Made by a program: the position numbers and the translations under genes. Shown in pieces: positions 1 to 7,777 of a stretch of 16,907 bases of DNA (the first letter of the stretch is position 1; each line of letters begins with the position of its first letter). The DNA is taken from NCBI GenBank assembly GCA_963711835.1, contig CAVQFQ010000003.1, positions 1 to 16,907 on the forward strand, read 5' to 3'. Below the pieces are notes generated by a model, which did not search any database, was not told the origin of the DNA, and saw only the letters and a program-made list of their open reading frames with translations. The DNA comes from an uncultured delta proteobacterium. GTDB taxonomy: Bacteria; Desulfobacterota; RBG-13-43-22.

Positions 1-304
1 GCCCATGGACCTGGCCTCCACCGATTCCGTCTTCAGCAAAATGGAGGGCCTCCGGGTCAACCGGATCAGCGCCCCTCAATGCTGTTTCACCCCCCCAGGT
101 TTGGCCCATATGATCGAAAACATAAGGACCGGGACCATGGTCCATATTTGTACCGGCTGCTACCAACAGGCCCAGGCCAACCGGCGCAATGATAAGCCGG
201 TACGAATCATGATGTTGCCCGAGTTTGTCAAAATGGCCGCTGACCAGGACCGAAGCCTGGACGGCGGAGAGGATCGGTCAGGAGAGGGAAGGCCTGCTTT
301 TTGA
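1..304 (+). CDS. C-terminal part of a cysteine-rich (CCG-domain-like) Fe-S-binding oxidoreductase subunit; 5' end lies outside the window
   Basis: The frame is open to the window edge (g ccc atg...). It contains 'PQCCF' and 'HICTGCYQQ', which resemble the CC...CxxC pattern of CCG/heterodisulfide-reductase-like domains. Stop TGA at 302-304. Confidence 0.5.
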   Translation, partial: PMDLASTDSVFSKMEGLRVNRISAPQCCFTPPGLAHMIENIRTGTMVHICTGCYQQAQANRRNDKPVRIMMLPEFVKMAADQDRSLDGGEDRSGEGRPAF

Positions 305-343
305 GGCCAGGAAGGAAGAGATTGGTTAACGGGTATTTTTTTA

Positions 344-371
344 TTGACATCCCTAAATAAAGGGCTAAATT
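344..371 (+). promoter_or_regulatory. Putative sigma70-type promoter for the riboswitch-permease transcript
   Basis: Perfect TTGACA at 344-349 after a T-rich tract, and TAAATT at 366-371 (16-nt spacer), directly upstream of the riboswitch leader. Confidence 0.55.
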
Positions 372-404
372 ACCCCCAGTCAGCCGGTAAAATGTAAGGC
401 TGAC

Positions 405-530
405 CAGCGAATTCTTTGGTACTAAACCAAAGAAACGGGGGACCCGATCATTCGGGGCGAATCCGTGAAACCGGTAGGGTAAGAGACCTCCTGCCCGAGC
501 CCGTCAGCTAACCTCGTAGCTAAGAGGGGG
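405..530 (+). ncRNA. c-di-AMP riboswitch (ydaO/yuaA class)
   Basis: Ordered consensus elements: agc-GAA, stem ttctttggt/accaaagaa, AC-GGGG-GA, cccga/tcggg, GAAT, ccg/cgg, TAG-GG, CCC-GA-GCCC, GTCAGCTAA-CCTC-GTA-gct. Loop cctcc is complementary to downstream gagggg. It lies upstream of a YdaO/KimA-like gene, the canonical context. Confidence 0.92.
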
Positions 531-532
531 AT

Positions 533-796
533 ATGTCAGACATGTACCTTAGGCCGTCTGCGGGCACCATCTTTGGGCCTGTTGAAGATGGTTTAAGAAT
601 TTTCCCCGGGAAACAGGAATCCGGTCAGATGGACCCCTGTTTCTTCCCCGCGAATCCTTACTTCTCCCGACTCCCGATCCAACGGCCTGTTCCCCCATCC
701 CCTGCACGATCCTCCCCTGCGACTTGTGGGGACTTATCCTTCCAAATCTTCTCTCCTAAGTTAAACGCTTTGATATCTCGGATGGGTCTTAAATGA
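533..796 (+). CDS. Putative small Pro/Ser-rich leader or hypothetical protein (87 aa)
   Basis: A purine-rich RBS (aagaggggg, 522-530) lies just before ATG 533, and the stop TGA (794-796) overlaps the permease ATG (793-795) as ATGA. No recognisable domain. Confidence 0.4.
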   Translation: MSDMYLRPSAGTIFGPVEDGLRIFPGKQESGQMDPCFFPANPYFSRLPIQRPVPPSPARSSPATCGDLSFQIFSPKLNALISRMGLK

Positions 797-2673
797 AAAT
801 CGCTATACTCTTCTTACTCAATTTGAGTCTCGTTGGTTTATTTGTTTATTTGTTTCGGCAAAGGAATCTCCTTTCTTATCACCAGGGAGGCCGGACCTGG
901 CTCACCTTTCTATCCATCGGTGTCATCACCCTCATGGATGAGTTTACTTCTATTTTTTATGCCCCGGCCGAAGCCTACCGATTTATCGGATTAAGTGCCA
1001 TTATCTTTATCGCCATCACCAGCTTGCTGATCCGTTTTATCAGCACCCGCTTGACTGAAATTGCCGAGATCCTGGAGCATCATAAGTTGATCGGTGGCGG
1101 GGTCTATTCCTTTTCCTACCTGGTCTTAGGCCCTATGGTCTCCTTTATAGCCGTCGCTTCGATTATGGTGGATTACATCCTCACGGCCTGTATTTCAGCC
1201 GTAAGTGCGGTCTCCAACGCCACTTCCTTCTTTCCGTTGCCTCAGTCGACGGCGATGTTTCTGGTATTGGCCATCATCTGGGCCGTTGCCGGCTTAAATA
1301 TCCTGGGGATTAAGGAAAATGCCCGGTTCACTTTTATGATCTTTATCGGCGCAGCCTTTATCATGCTCAATTTGATCGTCTCCGGTCTTTTCAATTTGGA
1401 TCAAGGATCTTTCAGCCATATGCGCCTGGCGACGACTCAGGCCCTGAAACAGGTCACCACCGGCTCGATCCTGGAAAACTACGGTCATTTCATTTCGAGC
1501 ATTGCCTTCTGTATCCTGGCCTATTCCGGGGTGGAATCGGTCCTCCAGACCGCGGGATTTGTGCGGAGCTGGAAAGAAATCCGTAAGGCCTACTGGTTCC
1601 TGGCCCTGACCGTAGGATTGGTCACCCCATTAGTGGCCGCCCTGGTTCTATCGACCCGAATCGATTTCAAGGCCCATGAGGGTGACTTGATCACCCATTA
1701 CGCCACCTTGCTCAACGGAATCCCCTTTGGGTTGGCCGTCGGGGCCTTGGCCAGTTTTACCCTGACCATGGCCATCAATACCGCCTTTGTGGCCTCCAGC
1801 GAACTTATGGAACGAGTGGCTCACCGATACGGCTTTCATTGGCTCATCGCCACCAATCAACGACAATCGCTTTACCGGATTCATCTGGCCAGCGCCACCT
1901 TTTTCTCCCTCATTATTTTGCTTACCATGGGCAGTCAAGCGGAATTGGCCAACATGTATGCCCTGGGGCTTCTGGCCTCCTTTTGCATCAATATGGGTTC
2001 CCTCATTCTCTACCGCTATTTCAAGGGCACGGCCGAAGGAATGACCTATTCTACCAGCCGTCTCGGGACACTCTTCCTCTGGATCATTCTGGTCAGTTGT
2101 TTTGTTTTTCTGGCTTATGATAAGCCCCGGGCCACGATGCTTTGGGCCACAGTTACCGGTGTCATGCTTTTGATGGGATTCCTGGTAGCCAAAAAGCGAT
2201 CCCCGGAGTTAAAACAGATTGGAAAAGGGGACAACGAAATGGATTTAATCCTCTACCTGGCGGGTTCCGAAGAATCCGAAATCCATCTTTTCTTCAGGCG
2301 GTCAGAGGAGTCCGAAAAGGCATCCGTTAAAAAAAACGAGGCCTACATTACTTTTTATTCACCCCGGGTCGGAGGCCACCCTATAAAAACTGCGCCCAAT
2401 CATTTTTATTTTCCTTTGACCAAAATCGGTCTTTACCATCGCCTGGTGGCCATCCTGAAGGTGGTGGAGTATGATTTGGGCTATCGCCGGGTAATGGTTC
2501 ATCTGGGCTGGCCCATGTCTTCCTGGCTGGATCGGATGTCCATTGGGGTGATGGTCTTTAATCTGATGAAGCTGCCACGGCTTTTCCCTAATTTTGAATT
2601 CGATATCCGTTACTTCAAACGGCCATCTTTTTTAAAAAGTAGTTTAACCGGGGGAGAGAGAGGCCAAGGGTAA
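793..2673 (+). CDS. APC-superfamily permease, KimA/YdaO-like probable K+/H+ symporter with C-terminal cytoplasmic domain
   Basis: Multi-TM protein. Motifs match recalled B. subtilis KimA: MDEFTSIFY (SDALSSVAY), GGGVY (GGGAY), VDYILTACISA (VDYILTVAVSI), LNILGIKE (LNLRGLSE), YSGVESV (LTGVEAI), LANMYALG (LIPLYAVG). Preceded by the c-di-AMP riboswitch. Confidence 0.85.
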   Translation: MKIAILFLLNLSLVGLFVYLFRQRNLLSYHQGGRTWLTFLSIGVITLMDEFTSIFYAPAEAYRFIGLSAIIFIAITSLLIRFISTRLTEIAEILEHHKLIGGGVYSFSYLVLGPMVSFIAVASIMVDYILTACISAVSAVSNATSFFPLPQSTAMFLVLAIIWAVAGLNILGIKENARFTFMIFIGAAFIMLNLIVSGLFNLDQGSFSHMRLATTQALKQVTTGSILENYGHFISSIAFCILAYSGVESVLQTAGFVRSWKEIRKAYWFLALTVGLVTPLVAALVLSTRIDFKAHEGDLITHYATLLNGIPFGLAVGALASFTLTMAINTAFVASSELMERVAHRYGFHWLIATNQRQSLYRIHLASATFFSLIILLTMGSQAELANMYALGLLASFCINMGSLILYRYFKGTAEGMTYSTSRLGTLFLWIILVSCFVFLAYDKPRATMLWATVTGVMLLMGFLVAKKRSPELKQIGKGDNEMDLILYLAGSEESEIHLFFRRSEESEKASVKKNEAYITFYSPRVGGHPIKTAPNHFYFPLTKIGLYHRLVAILKVVEYDLGYRRVMVHLGWPMSSWLDRMSIGVMVFNLMKLPRLFPNFEFDIRYFKRPSFLKSSLTGGERGQG

Positions 2674-2741
2674 CTTCTCAACGCCAATTCAATAACCTCT
2701 ATCATTTTATGGATAGGCTCAGGCCTAAAGGAAGGAAGACG

Positions 2742-3674
2742 ATGAAAAAGCATGATTATCTTTGCCCTCGAAGAGCAGGAGGCCGGCCACTTTTTTGGGT
2801 TAGCCTCAGTATCCTTCTGGGTTCAATGCTTTTCGGCCTTCGATGCGGGGGTCCCGAACTTGACCTTAAGGATGTACCCGGCCTCCTGGTGAAAAAAATG
2901 GAAACCCTTTCTCAAATGAGGATAAGCCTTCTCAAGTCCGTTGATGCTGAAAAAATGGCGGTCATGGCCGTGACGGACAAGGCCTCGCAGGATTTTGCCG
3001 ACCAGTCTTTGCAGGCGGCCCAGGCCGTGAACCATGACCGTCAGGTGTTCGGTCGGCTCGTCGAAAAGGATTCCACGGCCCAGGAAATGAAGTTGCTCCG
3101 GGAATTTGATACCTGCTGGACGGAATTCCAGAAAATTGATCAGGTGCTCCTCAAGTTCGCCGTCGGGAATTCAAACATAAAAGCCGCCCAGCTTTCTTTT
3201 AGTCAGGGCAATGAGGCCATAACCCGTTTGGAAAAAGCCCTGATGGATGTGATTCCCAGCCATCCCTCGGCCGATAAGGATTCCCGCCTCATGGGTCTTG
3301 CTTACACGGCCATTACGGCCGGCCTCAAGATTCATTATCTTCATGCGCCTCACATAGCGGCGGCCAATGATGATCAGATGGACAAAATCGAAGCGGACAT
3401 CAGACAGTACGAGGGTGAAATAAAAAAATCGTTGACCCTACTAACCCCCCTGGCCCCTGAGGAAAAACAGGCGGCCTTGCGGGAAGCAAAAAAAGCCTAT
3501 GATCAATTGACTGCCGTGACTTCAAAAGTGATTGACTTGTCCCGCCAAAATGACAACATAAAATCATTTGAACTTTCCCTCGGCCGAAAACGAAAAGTTA
3601 CTGCTCAATGCGATGAGATCTTAATCAGCTTGCAGGAAGCGGTTCAGAGCAGAACCTTCAAGGCAACCCGGTAA
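2742..3674 (+). CDS. Exported or membrane-anchored helical protein resembling MCP four-helix-bundle (4HB/HBM) sensor domains, without a signalling domain
   Basis: RBS aaaggaaggaag precedes ATG 2742 (the ORF track starts at 2709). One N-terminal hydrophobic segment (LFWVSLSILLGSMLFGL). Two similar helical halves: 'EFDTCWTEFQKIDQVLLKFAVGNSNIKA' and 'EAKKAYDQLTAVTSKVIDLSRQNDNIKS'. No second TM, HAMP or methyl-accepting domain. Confidence 0.65.
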   Translation: MKKHDYLCPRRAGGRPLFWVSLSILLGSMLFGLRCGGPELDLKDVPGLLVKKMETLSQMRISLLKSVDAEKMAVMAVTDKASQDFADQSLQAAQAVNHDRQVFGRLVEKDSTAQEMKLLREFDTCWTEFQKIDQVLLKFAVGNSNIKAAQLSFSQGNEAITRLEKALMDVIPSHPSADKDSRLMGLAYTAITAGLKIHYLHAPHIAAANDDQMDKIEADIRQYEGEIKKSLTLLTPLAPEEKQAALREAKKAYDQLTAVTSKVIDLSRQNDNIKSFELSLGRKRKVTAQCDEILISLQEAVQSRTFKATR

Positions 3675-3705
3675 CGGGATGGTGCACGAGGTTACTTGTT
3701 AAGAA

Positions 3706-4917
3706 TCAATTGGCCGGCAATTTTTTCAATCTGGAAACCAGATAGGCGGGGACCAGGAGGGCTGCCAGGCAGCCCAGTTGGACCCCTCTAAGCTTGAAAG
3801 GTCCATAAACCAAGGCCAAAACAACCGGAGACAGGGCATAACCGGAAAACTTGATGGCATTGTAAAGCGAGGTAACCGGTTTGCGCAAGGAGGGGGAAAG
3901 TTGAACGGCCATCGTATTCAGGGTCGTCCAGGCCGTGGCCGTTCCGGTCCCGAAGATCAGAAAAAGCAGCAGATAGGTCCGGTAGGTATATGGAAACCAG
4001 GCCATCAGGGCCACACAGCCAAAGGCGATGGCTGTCCCGGCCCAGAAGACCCTGACCCTTCCAAGCCGATCCCCCAGATAACCGGCGATCGGGGAAACAA
4101 GGATGCCTGAAAATCCGGTGCTTGACAGGAGGAGGCCGATCCGGTCGGACGACAGGAAAAGGCTGCTCTTTAAATGATGGGCAGTGAAGGTCATGATGCC
4201 GATGAAGGCCATAAACAGAAAAAAGGCCGAGGCGCTTAGAAAGAGCACCCCCGGTTGGGTCAGGGCCTGTCTTAATATGGGCAGGACGGCCCAAAAACCC
4301 TCCCGGTCCTGTGCTGCCGAGGGCGGAAGCTCTCCCCGGCTTGACCATCCGTACAGCAGGCCGGTGACCCCGGCCAGGGCCGCTAAAAAATAAAAAAACC
4401 AGGGCCAGCCCAGGTGGACCTCCATCAAACCCGAGATCATAGGCCCGAAGGTAATCCCGAAGGTATAGAACAGCCCCAGGAAGCCGATGGCCTTTCCCAG
4501 GTGTTTTTCCGGAACCAGTTCTCCGATCTGGGCCATCAGAACCGGGGTTAAAAAACCGGCCCCCAGCCCCTGAATGACGCGGCTGCCCAACAGGGACCAG
4601 AGGCCCGGGGAGAGCCCGCAGAAAATCCCTCCCAGGGCATAGAGCGTGAAGCCGAGGTAAAGGGTCTTCCTGACATTAAAGACCTGGGCCAGGGAACCCG
4701 AAAAGACCTGGATGATAATAAAGGGAATCATGTAACTGGTGATGGCCAGTGAGGCCGAACTGAAGGGTATGGCCCAGGTCTGAGCCAGGACCGGCAGCAG
4801 GGGGACAATACCGATCCCGCCCATCGGCCCGATAAGGGCCCCCAGGTATAAGGGAAGGAGAGGTTTGGTTTCCAACCTAAAGGGGCGAGTGTCTGTCGTG
4901 CCAGAGGCTGCCGACAA
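3706..4917 (-). CDS. MFS transporter (drug/metabolite exporter-like); true start may be TTG at 4875
   Basis: About 12 hydrophobic segments. MFS motif A in the C-half (GYLGDRLGRVR) and 'SRVIQGLGAG' in TM4. In-frame TTG at 4875 begins just after the GntR stop. Confidence 0.9.
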   Translation of the reverse strand: MSAASGTTDTRPFRLETKPLLPLYLGALIGPMGGIGIVPLLPVLAQTWAIPFSSASLAITSYMIPFIIIQVFSGSLAQVFNVRKTLYLGFTLYALGGIFCGLSPGLWSLLGSRVIQGLGAGFLTPVLMAQIGELVPEKHLGKAIGFLGLFYTFGITFGPMISGLMEVHLGWPWFFYFLAALAGVTGLLYGWSSRGELPPSAAQDREGFWAVLPILRQALTQPGVLFLSASAFFLFMAFIGIMTFTAHHLKSSLFLSSDRIGLLLSSTGFSGILVSPIAGYLGDRLGRVRVFWAGTAIAFGCVALMAWFPYTYRTYLLLFLIFGTGTATAWTTLNTMAVQLSPSLRKPVTSLYNAIKFSGYALSPVVLALVYGPFKLRGVQLGCLAALLVPAYLVSRLKKLPAN

Positions 4918-5602
4918 TATGTTCCCGTCCGGCCCGGATATGTTGTTTGATCAGACGCCGGGTTTTTTTGACATCCCTGCTTCTTAGGGCTTCGAAAATT
5001 TCTTTGTGCTCCATGGCGGCCTCTTTAAGCCGTTTCTCCCTTAAATATTCGGGCCGGTATTTCAAATAAATCTGCTCAAAGTTCAGCCTGCAGATATTGG
5101 TGATCACCTTGTTTTCGGCGCACTTTATAATCTCGAGGTGGTAGTTGGTATCGATGATCAACATCGACCGCCGATATTCGGGAACCGAAACGGCTTTGAC
5201 ATGTTCCTTGGCGGCCCTGTCAATGGCCTCCAGTTTTTCATCGGTCAGTTTCTCGATAATCGTGGGGACCAGAAAGGTTTCCAGGGCCTCCCGAGCTATG
5301 AACAACTCTTCCGCCTCTACCGGATCGGCCTCCCCCACATAATAGCCCTTATTTCTTTCCGAATAGACGATATTAAGCAACTGCAGCCGGTTGAGGGCCT
5401 GGATGATGGGAGTGATGCTCATATTCAGCTTTTTGGCCAGTTCCTGGTAGAGCAACTTTTGGCCGGGTACGATTTCGTGATGAAACATCATCTCCTTGAT
5501 TTTTTTAAAAGCCAGATCTACCGGGGATTCCTCCCTTGGAGCCTCTTTTTGTTTGGAGCGCTTTTGTCCCGGAGAGGGCATCTTCAATTTTTCTCTAGCC
5601 AT
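4877..5602 (-). CDS. GntR-family transcriptional regulator (FCD C-terminal domain)
   Basis: wHTH 'IVPGQKLLYQELAKKLNMSITPIIQALNRL', 'REALE', and FCD metal-site residues (DTNYH, EHKEIFEAL, IKQHI). RBS gaggaagg before ATG 5602; the longer ORF-track start overlaps the upstream gene. Confidence 0.92.
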   Translation of the reverse strand: MAREKLKMPSPGQKRSKQKEAPREESPVDLAFKKIKEMMFHHEIVPGQKLLYQELAKKLNMSITPIIQALNRLQLLNIVYSERNKGYYVGEADPVEAEELFIAREALETFLVPTIIEKLTDEKLEAIDRAAKEHVKAVSVPEYRRSMLIIDTNYHLEIIKCAENKVITNICRLNFEQIYLKYRPEYLREKRLKEAAMEHKEIFEALRSRDVKKTRRLIKQHIRAGREHIVGSLWHDRHSPL

Positions 5603-5624
5603 CACACCTTCCTCTTTTTTCGGA

Positions 5625-6401
5625 TTACCGGCCCCGGAATACCGGCTTTCGCTTTTCCAGGAAGGCTCGGCGTCCTTCCTCAAAATCCGAACTGCTGAAA
5701 GCCACGGCCTGCATGGTGGATTCCATTTCCAGAAAATCTTCCAGATTTGACGGCCAGCGGTTTAAAGCCGCTTTGATCATGGCATAGGCCTGGGTCGGTC
5801 CCTGGGCTAGCCGATAGGCCAGATTGGCGGCTTCCTTTTCCAACTTCTCCGCCGGCACCACCCGGTTCACCAGACCCAGGCGCTCCGCTTCACGGGCATC
5901 GAGCAGATCTCCAGTCCACATCAGTTCCTTAGCCCGGGCCGGACCCAGGCGAAGGGACCAGAAATAAAAAGCCCCCAGATCCGGGACCGCGCCTATCTTG
6001 ACAAAGGAAACGGCGAATTTCGCCTCCTCGGAGGCAATCAAGATATCGCAGGCTAGGGCGATACTGGCCCCGGCCCCGACGGCATGACCGTTGATGGCCC
6101 CGATGATCGGTTTCTCCAATTCCACTAGGGCCCTGGTAACCTGTTGAGCCTGTTTTAACCGCTTCCGGGTGGCTACGGCCGTCAAGCCTTCCATCGTCCG
6201 AATGTCTCCCCCCGAAGAAAAGGCCTTGCCGGTCCCGGTCACTATCACGGCCTTTATGGAATCATCGTCGCGGATCTTCTGAAAGGCATCAATAAGATCC
6301 AGCCGCATTTCCAAATTGAGGGCATTTCGGGTTTTGGGAAGGTTGAGGGATAGCTTGACGATCGGTTCTTTTTTTTCCCATAAAAGGGTTTTATACTCCA
6401 T
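5625..6401 (-). CDS. Enoyl-CoA hydratase/isomerase (crotonase) family protein, PaaG-like isomerase subtype
   Basis: Motifs RNAL, AFSSGGDI, INGHAVGAG, ALACD, FVKIGAVPDLG, and C-terminal EGRRAFLEKRKPVFRGR. Confidence 0.9.
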   Translation of the reverse strand: MEYKTLLWEKKEPIVKLSLNLPKTRNALNLEMRLDLIDAFQKIRDDDSIKAVIVTGTGKAFSSGGDIRTMEGLTAVATRKRLKQAQQVTRALVELEKPIIGAINGHAVGAGASIALACDILIASEEAKFAVSFVKIGAVPDLGAFYFWSLRLGPARAKELMWTGDLLDAREAERLGLVNRVVPAEKLEKEAANLAYRLAQGPTQAYAMIKAALNRWPSNLEDFLEMESTMQAVAFSSSDFEEGRRAFLEKRKPVFRGR

Positions 6402-6563
6402 GGGCCGACCTTTCCTTGCCTTTTTCCGGAAAATTTATCATGCTTTTTATTAAAAAAATACCGGTATTTACTTGACTTTTTGATTAAGTTATTAATTAGA
6501 TATCTTATGAAGTTATGATCCCCCCAACGCCCTTTAATTGTCAAGGGAAAAAAGGAGCCTGCT
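6402..6563. promoter_or_regulatory. AT-rich divergent promoter region with candidate operator palindromes
   Basis: Lies between divergent operons. Palindromes TTTTCCGGAAAA (6422-6433), AAATACCGGTATTT (6456-6469) and AGATATCT (6498-6505); TTGACT at 6472-6477; RBS aaggag before ATG 6564. Confidence 0.55.
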
Positions 6564-7745
6564 ATGGATTTTGAATTGTCTGAGGAAGTCAAAGCCGTTC
6601 AAGAAATGGCCCGTCGTTTTGCCGAAAAGGAGGTCCTGCCCCGGGTCAAGGAAGACTGTTTTAAAAGGGATCTGGTCTCTCAAATGGGAGAATTGGGTCT
6701 TTTCGGGAGCGCCTTCCCGATCCGGTATGGTGGAACCGATTTCGGCTTTCTGGCCCATTCCGTGGTCTGCGAGGAAATCTCCCGCGCCGATTCGGGGCTG
6801 CGCCCTCTTTTCAATCTCCAGGCCATGACCGTTCCCTATACCATCATGGAATGGGGCACCGAGGCAGCCCGAGAAAAGTATGTCCAAAATCTGGTCAGGG
6901 GCAATAAAATCGGCTGCACCTGTTTTTCAGAACCCAATGCCGGTTCGGACCTGGCCGCCATTGAAACCCGGATCGAAGACCGCGGCGATTATTTCGAAAT
7001 CAACGGCGCCAAGACCTGGATTTCCAATGGTACGGTGGCCGATACGGCCGTCGTCTATGCCAGCCATGATCGCAGCCTGAAGCACAAAGGCTTATGCGCC
7101 GTCGTAGTCGAAACCAATCAGTCCGGCTGGACGGCCAGGGAAACCCCCAAATTGGGAGACAAATCCTCCCCTATTGCCGAGATCCATTTGGACCAGGTGC
7201 GCGCCCCCAAGGACAATCTCCTGGGCAAGTGGGGAGAAGGCTTTGTCGTGGCCATGACCGCCCTGGACCGCGGCCGGATCAGCGTCGGCAGCGGCGCCGT
7301 CGGACTGGCCCAGGCCTGCCTGGACGCCTCCATCACCTACGCCAATCAGAGGGTCCAATTCGGAAAACTGATCCGGGAATTCCAGTTGATCAAGGGGCTG
7401 ATAGCTGATATGGTGGCCCAAGTTGAAGCCGCCCGCCTTCTGGTACGCCGGGCGGCCTGGTTGAACGATCAGGACCGGCCCTTTACCCGGGAAATCGCCA
7501 TTGCCAAATATTTTGCCGGGGAGGCGGTGGTGCGGGCGGCCGGTATGGCCATGGAGATCCACGGCGGTATGGGCTATTCCCTGGAGATGCCGGTGGAACG
7601 ATTTTATCGCGACTCCAAACTCTATCAGGTCGGGGAAGGAACGGCCAATATCATGCGCCTTCTGATCGCCGATGACGCCCTGGGCCTCAAGAAGGCCAAC
7701 CGGCCCAGAAACCACCTGCCGAGTCAATTCCGGGATCTGGAATAA
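6564..7745 (+). CDS. Acyl-CoA dehydrogenase related to non-decarboxylating glutaryl-CoA dehydrogenase (Acd)
   Basis: ACAD motifs FSEPNAGSD, NGAKTWISN, RVQFGKLI, HGGMGYS, GEGTANI. SGLRPLFN and the C-terminal LGLKKANR resemble recalled Desulfococcus Acd (SALRVQLN ... LGVRKANR). Confidence 0.9.
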   Translation: MDFELSEEVKAVQEMARRFAEKEVLPRVKEDCFKRDLVSQMGELGLFGSAFPIRYGGTDFGFLAHSVVCEEISRADSGLRPLFNLQAMTVPYTIMEWGTEAAREKYVQNLVRGNKIGCTCFSEPNAGSDLAAIETRIEDRGDYFEINGAKTWISNGTVADTAVVYASHDRSLKHKGLCAVVVETNQSGWTARETPKLGDKSSPIAEIHLDQVRAPKDNLLGKWGEGFVVAMTALDRGRISVGSGAVGLAQACLDASITYANQRVQFGKLIREFQLIKGLIADMVAQVEAARLLVRRAAWLNDQDRPFTREIAIAKYFAGEAVVRAAGMAMEIHGGMGYSLEMPVERFYRDSKLYQVGEGTANIMRLLIADDALGLKKANRPRNHLPSQFRDLE

Positions 7746-7777
7746 TCAGCGCAGTTCTGCACGAAAGGATTTCAGCG

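Noticed and set aside
2742-2850. Lipoprotein signal in the helical-bundle protein (FGLRC)
   Set aside because: Arg at position -1 does not fit the lipobox consensus; treated as an uncertain signal peptide or anchor.
5603-5683. Extended N-terminus of the GntR ORF
   Set aside because: It overlaps the crotonase 3' end, and a good RBS precedes ATG 5602.
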